Shown: piece by piece, positions 21,840 to 30,510 of the stretch | Position numbering within the stretch: the stretch's first letter is position 1 | Layout of the letters: every line of letters starts with the position of its first letter | Source of the DNA: Hyalangium minutum | Lineage (GTDB): Bacteria > Myxococcota > Myxococcia > Myxococcales > Myxococcaceae | Reading direction: 5' to 3' | Length of the DNA: 64,000 nt | Assembly: GCF_000737315.1 (NCBI RefSeq) | Contig: NZ_JMCB01000023.1 | Coordinates: 165,169-229,168, forward strand | The notes under the pieces: generated by a model | Database searches by the model: none | Seen by the model: only the letters and a program-made list of their open reading frames with translations | Told to the model about the DNA's origin: nothing | Translations under genes and position numbers: made by a program

Positions 21840-22733
21840 GTGATAAGAATCATGGTACATTTCAGTAAGTCGGACCTTGCCATGGCATTTCTCACCCTCT
21901 CCATGGTCTGGGGAACGGCTCCAAGAGCGGCTTCTCCCTCTTCGCGGATGCAACCGACGAGTACGGATTCCCACAGTCCCGATTCAACGAAGAAGCACCT
22001 TCCAACAGCGCTTGCTGTAGCGCTCCGCCTATACGAGCGCCTTGAATATGAACAAGCACTTGAGCAGTTAGCTCGCTCGAAATCGGCGACCTGGGACACC
22101 GATGTGCGTGTGCTCGCTTGGCTCTATGAGGGAATCATTCTTGCCAACCTCGGCTATGCAGACCGCTCTCGTGAAGCTTTTCGCGAGGGACTCCGCCTCC
22201 ATCCATCCTCTGTCCTGCCCATCGAGGTCTCACCTAAGATCGCCCAACTCTTCCAGGACGTTCGCCATGAAGTGCAACAAGAAACCTCAGCATCACCTCT
22301 ACCGAAGGCGTTGGAACTCCCCTCTGTTCCTCCTGTCGATAAGCAAGCAGAGCAATCTCCGCCTTCGATTGAAAACCACAACCCCTCTCCTGAGCCACGT
22401 CAGGCGGAGGCTACAGACAGTAGTCCAAAGCTTGCTCCCTGGGCACCAACGTCTCCTTCCAAGCCAGAAGAAAGCCGCTTCGTGAAAAGCCACCACGTGG
22501 CGTTTGCCCTTGGGGGGCTCCTCGCATCTACCGGCATCGTGCTACTGGCGACCATGGGCTCCGCACATCCCGAGGACAAATCCACGCACCTGCTCACGGG
22601 CAGCATTGCTGTCGTGGGAGGACTGAATCTCATTGCCTTTGGGGCAACCACTGCAATGGGACAACGCAGCCCCCAAACCGTGGGTCCTCTCCAGCGCCGG
22701 TATGCCTCTGTCGGTGCTCAGTTGTCCTTCTAG
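21840..22733 (+). CDS. Exported protein with TPR-like N-domain (paralog 2)
   Basis: Near-identical core to the upstream gene (LYERLEYEQALEQL..WLYEGIILANLG..SREAFREG..VLPIEVSPK.AQLFQD); ends in QLSF. Confidence 0.7.
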   Translation: MIRIMVHFSKSDLAMAFLTLSMVWGTAPRAASPSSRMQPTSTDSHSPDSTKKHLPTALAVALRLYERLEYEQALEQLARSKSATWDTDVRVLAWLYEGIILANLGYADRSREAFREGLRLHPSSVLPIEVSPKIAQLFQDVRHEVQQETSASPLPKALELPSVPPVDKQAEQSPPSIENHNPSPEPRQAEATDSSPKLAPWAPTSPSKPEESRFVKSHHVAFALGGLLASTGIVLLATMGSAHPEDKSTHLLTGSIAVVGGLNLIAFGATTAMGQRSPQTVGPLQRRYASVGAQLSF

Positions 22734-22742
22734 TCCTCCGAA

Positions 22743-24419
22743 ATGAACATCGGACGCTACGAGGTCATTCGAAAGCTCGCCACGGGTGGCATGGCCGAGG
22801 TCTTCCTCGCCAAAGTGGCAGGCCCATTCGGCTTCGAGAAGACTCTTGTAGTCAAAAGGATCCTGCCTCACTTGGCGGATGAGCCCGCCTTCGTGGAAAT
22901 GTTCCTCGCCGAGGCCAAGCTCGTCGCCCAGCTCAACCATCCGCACATCGTCCAGATCTTTGATTTCGGAGAAGCCGAAGGCGCGTACTTCGTTGCAATG
23001 GAGTACATCGATGGTCCCAACCTGCGCACCCTTCTGAAGCACGCTCGCACGCGACAACCTCACCTGCGTCCCACGCTCTGCGCGAAGATGATCGCCGCAG
23101 CATGCGAGGGACTGGCTTATGCCCATGACTTCCATGATCCGGTGACGCGGCGCCCTCTGAACCTCATCCACCGCGACATCAGCCCCGACAACATCCTCCT
23201 GTCGCGCCAAGGCGCGCTCAAAGTGGCTGACTTCGGCATCGCCAAGGCCACCGGCCATGGGCCCATGACCCAGGAGGGAGTCCTCAAGGGCAAGCTGCCC
23301 TACATGTCGCCTGAGCATCTGCGGGGAAAAAGGCTCGATCGCAGAGCCGATGTTTACGCACTCGGGCTCGTGCTTTACGAACTCCTGACCTGTCGTAAGC
23401 CCTTTGATGTGACGACGGAGGCAGGTCTCCTGAGGGCAATCATTGAAGACCCCTTCATTCCCGCGGAGGAGAGACGGCCAGATCTCCCAGAGCACCTCCA
23501 GCAGATCCTAGATCGAGCCCTCGCGAAAGACCGAGATGAGCGCTACCCGGACTGCCTCTCATTTCAAGCAGACCTTGAGCGTTTCGCTGCCTCTGAAGGG
23601 GAGACTCTGGGATCACTCCATATCGCCCGCCTCATCACACATCTGGAAGCCGATACGGCTCAACCCCTGCCGACGCCCCCTCCTTCCTTCCCTACGACCC
23701 GAGACTTCAGGTCCATGGAGGATCCCCTCACGCTGCCACGAGATCCAACGGTCTCGAGCAGACCTCATGCGCGCGCTCCAGGTTCGCTCCCGCAATCCAC
23801 AGGAGTGCTCGATGAGGCAACCTCGTTTGAGCAGAAGATGCGCTCACGCGGGCGAATCCAGGTGGCAGCATCCATCCTGGCCGTCTTGCTCTTCGCGGGT
23901 GGCGGTGGCTACCTGCTGTCGCACGGTAGAGGCGCTGTCCCTCCTCGGCCAGCAACTGCCTCCGATGCGGGCCCTGACCTCGCAGATGCCGGGATTGCCC
24001 ACGCAGAAGCCAAGCATGAACCTGCCCCCACTCAGCCCTTGGCTCCTCCAGTTCTACAAGATGCTGCGGATGCAGGGGCCGCTGCGACGCCCCCAGTGCT
24101 GATACTGGATGCAGGGCCTGCGCCCTTTTCCCCTCCAAAACCTGCCGCTCCTCGCCCCAAGTCCCCCTTACTCACCCAGCAACCCACAGGTAAAACTGTC
24201 GCAGGCACCGGCTTCGTTGAGTTCCGCGTCGTCCCCTACGCGACTGTCTTGCTGGATGGACAAGAACTCGGGACCACGCCGTTCGATCGGGTCGAGGTCT
24301 CCGCAGGCCGCCATACTGTCCGTCTTGTCAACCAAACGTTCCCCAAGACCGAGACGCGCACCATCTACGTGAGACCAGGAGAGCAGGTTGTCGTTAAGCA
24401 CAACTTCGAGACGCAGTGA
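22743..24419 (+). CDS. Membrane Ser/Thr protein kinase with C-terminal PEGA-like domain
   Basis: GGMAEV, VVK, HRDISPDN, DFG, GKLPYMSPE; one TM helix; C-terminal VPYATVLLDG..LGTTP...GRHTVRL. Confidence 0.9.
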   Translation: MNIGRYEVIRKLATGGMAEVFLAKVAGPFGFEKTLVVKRILPHLADEPAFVEMFLAEAKLVAQLNHPHIVQIFDFGEAEGAYFVAMEYIDGPNLRTLLKHARTRQPHLRPTLCAKMIAAACEGLAYAHDFHDPVTRRPLNLIHRDISPDNILLSRQGALKVADFGIAKATGHGPMTQEGVLKGKLPYMSPEHLRGKRLDRRADVYALGLVLYELLTCRKPFDVTTEAGLLRAIIEDPFIPAEERRPDLPEHLQQILDRALAKDRDERYPDCLSFQADLERFAASEGETLGSLHIARLITHLEADTAQPLPTPPPSFPTTRDFRSMEDPLTLPRDPTVSSRPHARAPGSLPQSTGVLDEATSFEQKMRSRGRIQVAASILAVLLFAGGGGYLLSHGRGAVPPRPATASDAGPDLADAGIAHAEAKHEPAPTQPLAPPVLQDAADAGAAATPPVLILDAGPAPFSPPKPAAPRPKSPLLTQQPTGKTVAGTGFVEFRVVPYATVLLDGQELGTTPFDRVEVSAGRHTVRLVNQTFPKTETRTIYVRPGEQVVVKHNFETQ

Positions 24420-24532
24420 CCGCCAGTGAAGAGAGCACGCTCCCCTTGAATGAGTGTGGCGGGTCCCGCGTCGTACGGTACCGTACCCACGACCCTTTCC
24501 TCTTCACCTGATCCGCCTCTGGGACTCTCTCC

Positions 24533-25759
24533 ATGACCCGACCGTCTCGTGTTCTCGTAGCCTGTCTCGCGCTGTTCGCCTCGACCTCCGCGCTCGCCGT
24601 GGAGCTCAACTACAAGTGGAAGAAGGGCGACACCCACCGCTTCAGCTACGAGGACGACACCACATTCGAGATGGCCGGAGCCGCCGGGATGCCCGGCATG
24701 GCCGGCATGCCTGGGATGGCCGGCATGGGCGCCGGCATGAAGATGAAGCTCATCTCCACCTTCACCGAGAAGGTGCTCAAGGTCCGGCCCGATGGCTCCG
24801 CGGACATCGAGCTCACCGTCAACAAGCTCGACTTCTACCAGGGCGGCTCCAAGGTCGCCTCCATCGCCAACATCCCGCCCGCCGCCCGTGTCGTGAAGGC
24901 CGAGGTCGATCGCAAGGGCCGTGCGAAGTTCTATCGGATGGTCACTGTCTACATGCGCGACAACCAGATGTACCTCGGTGTCCACAATGCGCACGCCGGT
25001 CCAAACGGCGCCTCGATGTCCGCATCCGACGGCAATCAGCAGGTGGATGTGGTCGCCTCCGTCGACCCGAAGACGGGCAAGCTCACCGCCTCCATGAAGG
25101 TCACCGAGCGCCCCCCCGCGCTCAAGAAGGTATCCATTAAGGAGGAGGACCCCGGCGTTGACGTCCTCCCGAAGCAGATCTTCGAGATGATGGTGCTCCC
25201 CGAGGGCAGCATGGAGCCCGGCCAGCGCATCGACGTGGCCATGCCCTTGGGCACTCTGAACGTGGAGATGGCCGCGCTCAAGGGAACCGTCGCCGAGCTG
25301 CGCACCCAGATGAACAGCAGCGCCGCCGTGGCCAGTCCGGCCGAGTCCTCCGCCCCGGGCCGCGGCAAGGGCCGCAAGAACGCTGCCTCTCCCCCGCCGT
25401 CCAATGATGAGGATCAGTCGCTGGGCGGCGCGGACGTCGAGGACGACGGCTCGCACACGGCCGAGCCCACCATGGGCGGCATGAACATGGGTGGCATGAA
25501 CATGGGTGGCATGAACATGGGCGGCATGAACATGGGTGGCATGAACATGGGCGGAGCCCCCGGTGGCGCGTCCCCGTCCGAGGGCGGCATGGCGGCCGGC
25601 ATGAAGATGGACGTGGATGTCACCGCCGGGTTCGACGTCGCCGCGGGCAGGCTGCTGTCCCTCACTGGCACCCTGTCCTCCGACATGGGCATGGGCGGCA
25701 TGGAGGGGATGGGCGGCAGCAAGGTGAACTCGCGCGTCACCCTCAAGCGCATTCCCTGA
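24533..25759 (+). CDS. Exported protein with three Met/Gly-rich tracts
   Basis: Signal peptide (STSALA); beta-rich sequence starting YKWKKGDTHRF; tracts GMPGMAGM, (MGGMN)5 and MGMGGMEGM. Confidence 0.75.
   Translation: MTRPSRVLVACLALFASTSALAVELNYKWKKGDTHRFSYEDDTTFEMAGAAGMPGMAGMPGMAGMGAGMKMKLISTFTEKVLKVRPDGSADIELTVNKLDFYQGGSKVASIANIPPAARVVKAEVDRKGRAKFYRMVTVYMRDNQMYLGVHNAHAGPNGASMSASDGNQQVDVVASVDPKTGKLTASMKVTERPPALKKVSIKEEDPGVDVLPKQIFEMMVLPEGSMEPGQRIDVAMPLGTLNVEMAALKGTVAELRTQMNSSAAVASPAESSAPGRGKGRKNAASPPPSNDEDQSLGGADVEDDGSHTAEPTMGGMNMGGMNMGGMNMGGMNMGGMNMGGAPGGASPSEGGMAAGMKMDVDVTAGFDVAAGRLLSLTGTLSSDMGMGGMEGMGGSKVNSRVTLKRIP
25472..25555 (+). repeat. In-frame 15-bp tandem repeat x5 (MGGMN)
   Basis: ATGGGYGGCATGAAC repeated five times. 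Confidence 0.93.
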
Positions 25760-25864
25760 GCCACCCCTCTGTCACGCGGCCAGCGGACCTACGAACCGCA
25801 GCCGAGGCCCCTCGCGTGATTTTTTCCGGGGATTTCCCGCCTCCAGATCCCGCCTGGACGCCGT

Positions 25865-26977
25865 GTGTGCTACGCCGGGGGAGTGGCACGCATCCTCATT
25901 GACTTGCGCATGGTCCGCGGCCGGCTGCACGGGATCGCCCGCTATGCCCTGGAGCTGGCGCGACGGCTGCCCGCGCTCGCGCCGGACCTGGACTTCCACG
26001 GGCTCACGGCGCCTGAAGGCCTGCCCACCGGGTTGGGGGCCCTGACGCCCGCCATTCCCCTGCACCGCGCCCGCGCCAGCTTCCTCGCCCCCGTGTGGGA
26101 GCAACCGGCCCTGCTCGCGGATCTCGTGGAGCTCTCGCCGGATCTCTTCCACGCCACCTCGTTCTCGCTGCCTGGGCTGTGGACGGGGAAGCTCGTGGCC
26201 ACGCTCCACGATGCCAACCACCTGGCGCTGCCGGAGAACTACAGCCCCGTCCACACGCTCTATTACCGGATCATCGTCGGCCCTCGCGCCCGCCGCGCCG
26301 CCGCGCTGCTCACCGTGTCCGAGTTCTCCCGCGAGGAGCTGGCCCGATACCTCCACCTGAACCCCTACCGGTTCCAGGTCATCGCTGCCGGCGTGGACTC
26401 GGGCTTCCAGCCACCCACTCCCGTCCAGGCCCGGGACTTCCGCCAGCGGCACCACCTGCCGGAGCGCTACCTCGCAGCGGTGGGCAACACGAAGGCCCAC
26501 AAGAACCTCGGGCTGCTGGCGAAGCTCGCGCCGCAGTTGCCCGTTCCCATCGTGCTGCTCGCGGGCAAGGGGGCTGCCCAGGAGCTCGGATTCCCCGACA
26601 CCACCGTGGAGCTGGCGGAACTGCCCGAGGAGGAGATGCCCCTCTTCTATGGCGCTGCGCACGCGTTGCTGCTGCCCTCCCGCTACGAGGGCTTCGGCCT
26701 GCCCGTGCTGGAGGCCATGGCGGCGGGCTGTCCCGTCCTCTCCTCGAATGTCTCGGCGCTCCCCGAGGTGACCGGCGAGGCGGCGCTGCTGCTGCCTCCG
26801 GAGGACGTGCAGGCGTGGACCGATGCAACCCTGCGCCTGCTGCGGGACGACCGGCTGCACCGGACTCTGGTCGAGAAGGGCCTCGAGCGAGCCGAGCGCT
26901 ACACCTGGGACGCCTGCGCCACGCGCACCCTCGCCGTCTACCGGCGGGTCCTCGAGAAGTCCTCCTCGGGCCGGTGA
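25865..26977 (+). CDS. Glycosyltransferase family 4 (MtfB/WbaZ-like)
   Basis: HGIARY, VATLHD, VGNTKAHKNL, PSRYEGFGLPVLEAMAAGCPV. Confidence 0.92.
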   Translation: MCYAGGVARILIDLRMVRGRLHGIARYALELARRLPALAPDLDFHGLTAPEGLPTGLGALTPAIPLHRARASFLAPVWEQPALLADLVELSPDLFHATSFSLPGLWTGKLVATLHDANHLALPENYSPVHTLYYRIIVGPRARRAAALLTVSEFSREELARYLHLNPYRFQVIAAGVDSGFQPPTPVQARDFRQRHHLPERYLAAVGNTKAHKNLGLLAKLAPQLPVPIVLLAGKGAAQELGFPDTTVELAELPEEEMPLFYGAAHALLLPSRYEGFGLPVLEAMAAGCPVLSSNVSALPEVTGEAALLLPPEDVQAWTDATLRLLRDDRLHRTLVEKGLERAERYTWDACATRTLAVYRRVLEKSSSGR

Positions 26978-26982
26978 CGACG

Positions 26983-29900
26983 ATGCCGTCTTCACCCCCG
27001 AGCTCCCCGTCGAATCCCCTCACGGCCACCTGCGTGAAGGCGCACGAGGTAGAGCTCTTCCACCAGGGCCAGCTCCCAGCCGAGCGCCGGCAGCGGATCA
27101 CTGAGCACCTCCCGGGCTGCCCGCGGTGCCAGGCCTTGCTGCCCGAGGTCTCCCAACAGGCCCAGGGTTCCGTCTCCGCGTCGCGCACGGTGGATGACCC
27201 GACCCAGCCTCAGCGCGTCCGGGTGCGGCCCGTGACCCAGAACCTGCCGCCTGCCCCGGCTCGCTCCGAGGCGCCCCCTGTGCACGGAGCCAACGCGCCA
27301 CCCGAGCAACCCTCGGCACCGGCCTCGGCGGGCTTCGCCCCGGGCGTTCGCATCGGCCGCTACGTCGTCGATCGCGTGCTGGGCCAGGGAGGAATGGGCG
27401 CGGTCTACCTCGCGCACGATCCCGAGCTGGACCGCCGCGTGGCCATCAAGCTGTTGCACCCGGCCTTGTCGAACCCAGAGAACCGGGCACGCCTCCTGCG
27501 CGAGGCCCAAGCCATGGCGCGCGTGCACCATGCCCACGTGGTGACGGTGCACGACGTCGTCACCTGGGAAGACCAGCTCTTCGTCGCCATGGAGTACGTG
27601 GAGGGGGACACGCTCCGCGAGTGGATGCAAACCCGGCGCTCGCTTCATCAAATCCTGGAGCTGTTCCGCAAGGCCGGCGAGGGTCTGGGCGCCGCCCACG
27701 CCGCAGGTCTCATCCACCGCGACTTCAAGCCCGGCAACGTGCTCATCGGCGTGGACGGCTCGGTGCAGGTGTCGGACTTCGGGCTGGCGCGCTCGGCGAA
27801 CGCGGCGGCCGAGCCTGAGCCCTCCGCCCCCGAGCCCGCTCCCGCCCCACCTGCGGCGCTGCTCCAGCAGGAGCTGACGGAGACGGGCCTGTTGATGGGC
27901 ACGCTGGGCTACATGGCGCCCGAGCAGATGCTGCTCAAGCCCATCGACGCGCGAAGCGATCAGTTCAGCTTCTGCGTCACGCTCTACGAGGCCCTCTACG
28001 GCGTGCGTCCCTTCCAGGGCAAGGACGCGACCGCGCTGGTCCAGGTCATCTACAATCGGACCTTCCAGGCACAGCGGAGCCGGCTCCGCGTACCGGGCCA
28101 CATCCGCGAGGTGGTGCTGCGAGGCCTGAGCCCGCTGCCCGAGGAACGCTTTCCCAGCATGGAGGCACTGCTGGCGGCGCTGCACCAGAAGCCGGAGGAA
28201 GATGAGTCCTCGCGGGTCCGGCTCCGGCGGCGGATGCTCCGAGGCGTGGCGCTGGGCATGCTGGCCACGGGGCTCGTGGCGGCGGTGGCCACCACCCAGG
28301 CATGGCGCAGCTTCGAGGAGCGAGCCCAAGGACTGCTGCTCACGTCCCGTCCAAAGCCGTGGAACCCGGACGTGTTCATCCTCGCGGTGGATCAGCCCAC
28401 CCTCCGCCAGATGGGGTGGCCCATCTCCCGCTTCAAGCAGGCGCGCATGCTGGAGGCCCTGGAGCGCGCGGGCGTGGCGGCGGTGGGAATCGACGCCTTC
28501 CTCTTCTCGCCCGCGAGAGAAGGACCCGAGGCGGACATCGCGTTCGCCCAGGTAATGAACCGCTACGGCCGGACGGTCCTTGCGGTGCCCTGCACCGCGG
28601 ACGACGGCATCGATCTGGAGCAGCTCGCCCAGCAGGTGGGCCCCTCGTCGCTGCCCGAGGGCCCCTCGCCCCGCTTCCGCTGCAGCCGCGTCATCGTCCC
28701 AGTGGATCCCCTGAGACAGAGCGCGCTAATGGCCCAGGTGGAGGTGGCCCGCTCCGCCTCCGGCAACGTCCGAGGCGCCTACGTGCTGGCCGAGGTCGCG
28801 GGCCGCTCACTGCCGGGGCTCGGGCTGACGACGTACCTGCTCGGCCAGGGACTGAAGCCTGACACCGACCTGATCCAGGAGGCAGGCGGGGTGCGCGTCG
28901 GCACCATGCATGTCCCGCTGAACCCGGAGGGCGCTGTCCTCACGAGCTTCCGTCTGCCGGATCCGGATCATTTCCTGTCATACGGCGCGCTGTATGCCAC
29001 GCTGAGCGAATCGGATCCCCCCACCCTGCCGCCCGATGTGGTGGAGGTGCTGAAGGGCCGGTACATCCTCTTCGGTCAGACGGCGGAGAGCATCCGGGAC
29101 CTGGGGCCCTTCGCCAACGGCAAGCAGTACCCCCTGGTGCTCCTGCACGCCGCGCTCTTGAGCGATCTGATCGAGCAGCACCCGATTCGCGAGGTGCCGC
29201 GCTGGATGGAGCTCGCGCTCATCCTCTTCTGTGGCGCCCTCCTCACGGCGGCGGCGCTGGTGCTCCGGCCCACCCTCACCTTTGGCGCCGTGCTGCTGGT
29301 GCTGATCGGCATCCTGGGAGGCACGCTGCTGCTGGCCAAGGGCGGCTGGGTGGCCGCGCCTCTGGGGCCCATGGCGGCCTCGGTGCTGGCGTTCGCGCTG
29401 GTGCTGGCGGGACGGCTCTCCGCCGAGGAGCGCGCGCGCTCACGGGTGCGCAGCGCCTTCGATGGCTACGTGGACGAAACCGAACTCGGGAGGCTCCTGG
29501 CGGACGCGGAGCACCCGGCGCTGCTCCAGGGCGCGCAGAAGCACCTCACCGTGCTCCAGGCCCAGGTCCAGTCCCCTCCGGGAGGAGCAGAGCGGCAGCC
29601 TCCCGAGGAGCGCATCCTGCACCTGCGTCAGGCCTTCCAGGTGATGACGGAGGAGGTGGTGCGGCGCAAGGGGCGCGTCGAGACCCTGCGCGGCAACGGG
29701 CTGCTGGCGGTGTTTGGAGACCCTCTCGCCCTGCCCGATCACGCGCCGCGCGCAGTGGAGGCGGCGCAGGCCATCCAGTCCCGTCTGGAGGCGCTGCAGC
29801 GGACCTCGGACGAGGGCCTCGGGCTGGAGACACGCGTCGGCATCGCCACGGGTGAGGCCGTCATCGGCAACGTGGGTCTGCAGGGCGGGAAGATGGAATA

Positions 29901-30084
29901 CGCCGTCATCGGAAGGCCACTTGAACGAGCCCTGGAACTGGCACGTCAGGCCTCCACGGGACAGATCCTCGTCTCAGCAGCCACCCGTGAGGCGTGCGCG
30001 AGCCGCTTCGGCTTCGGCCTCATTCAGGAGAGCGGCGAGACAGAGCCAGGCTTCGTGCTCCAACGCCCCAGAGCTCCGTTCTAG
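26983..30084 (+). CDS. Zn-finger / Ser-Thr kinase / CHASE2 / degenerate class III nucleotide cyclase membrane receptor
   Basis: HLPGCPRC; intact kinase motifs (GQGGMG, VAIK, HRDFKPGN, DFG, YMAPE); one TM; CHASE2 motifs (ILAVDQ..GWP.SR, VGID, GRYILFG..D); three TM; cyclase-like tail (LAVFGDP..DHA.RAV.AA, RVGIATG..VIGN.G). Confidence 0.85.
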   Translation: MPSSPPSSPSNPLTATCVKAHEVELFHQGQLPAERRQRITEHLPGCPRCQALLPEVSQQAQGSVSASRTVDDPTQPQRVRVRPVTQNLPPAPARSEAPPVHGANAPPEQPSAPASAGFAPGVRIGRYVVDRVLGQGGMGAVYLAHDPELDRRVAIKLLHPALSNPENRARLLREAQAMARVHHAHVVTVHDVVTWEDQLFVAMEYVEGDTLREWMQTRRSLHQILELFRKAGEGLGAAHAAGLIHRDFKPGNVLIGVDGSVQVSDFGLARSANAAAEPEPSAPEPAPAPPAALLQQELTETGLLMGTLGYMAPEQMLLKPIDARSDQFSFCVTLYEALYGVRPFQGKDATALVQVIYNRTFQAQRSRLRVPGHIREVVLRGLSPLPEERFPSMEALLAALHQKPEEDESSRVRLRRRMLRGVALGMLATGLVAAVATTQAWRSFEERAQGLLLTSRPKPWNPDVFILAVDQPTLRQMGWPISRFKQARMLEALERAGVAAVGIDAFLFSPAREGPEADIAFAQVMNRYGRTVLAVPCTADDGIDLEQLAQQVGPSSLPEGPSPRFRCSRVIVPVDPLRQSALMAQVEVARSASGNVRGAYVLAEVAGRSLPGLGLTTYLLGQGLKPDTDLIQEAGGVRVGTMHVPLNPEGAVLTSFRLPDPDHFLSYGALYATLSESDPPTLPPDVVEVLKGRYILFGQTAESIRDLGPFANGKQYPLVLLHAALLSDLIEQHPIREVPRWMELALILFCGALLTAAALVLRPTLTFGAVLLVLIGILGGTLLLAKGGWVAAPLGPMAASVLAFALVLAGRLSAEERARSRVRSAFDGYVDETELGRLLADAEHPALLQGAQKHLTVLQAQVQSPPGGAERQPPEERILHLRQAFQVMTEEVVRRKGRVETLRGNGLLAVFGDPLALPDHAPRAVEAAQAIQSRLEALQRTSDEGLGLETRVGIATGEAVIGNVGLQGGKMEYAVIGRPLERALELARQASTGQILVSAATREACASRFGFGLIQESGETEPGFVLQRPRAPF

Positions 30085-30086
30085 CG

Positions 30087-30458
30087 TCAGGGCGCAGAGT
30101 GCCTGTCCCCGCTCGAACCGCCCGGGTTGAAGCCGCCACCCGGGTTGGGGGCCGACTGGGGCGCGTCCGACGTGCCGCCGGGGTTGTACCCGTTGCTATT
30201 GCCGTAGGCCGAGAGCGAGCCGCCGCGCAGCGTCCACTCCGTCTTCTGGGTCTCCTGGCCGGGGTTGCCCACACTCGGGCTGCCCGCGAGTGACTCCGAG
30301 CCGCCCCCGAAGAGGCCTCGAATGTTGTCGCCGAAGAGGCCCACCACGCCGATACACCCGATCCCCACGAGGAACACAATGACGACGACCTCGGTCAGAC
30401 TGTGGCCCAAGGCCTGGCGTCCGGGTCTTCGCGTGGCGGAAGTGGCCATGGAAACCAA
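30087..30458 (-). CDS. Flp/type IVb-like pilin with Gly/Ser/Pro-rich C-terminal extension
   Basis: Basic leader, then G^HSLTE followed by a hydrophobic helix and LFGDNIRGLF, as in Flp pilins. The usual E-Y tyrosine is replaced by Val. Confidence 0.65.
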   Translation of the reverse strand: MVSMATSATRRPGRQALGHSLTEVVVIVFLVGIGCIGVVGLFGDNIRGLFGGGSESLAGSPSVGNPGQETQKTEWTLRGGSLSAYGNSNGYNPGGTSDAPQSAPNPGGGFNPGGSSGDRHSAP

Positions 30459-30510
30459 CGTAACCAGATTTTCACTGGAAGTGTAGGTCTTTCTCGTTTT
30501 CGTCGGTCCG

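Noticed and set aside
26095-26982. N-terminal 296 aa of the 1329-aa ORF
   Set aside because: Alternate-frame overlap with the GT4 gene; the real protein most likely starts at ATG 26983 (or GTG 26974).
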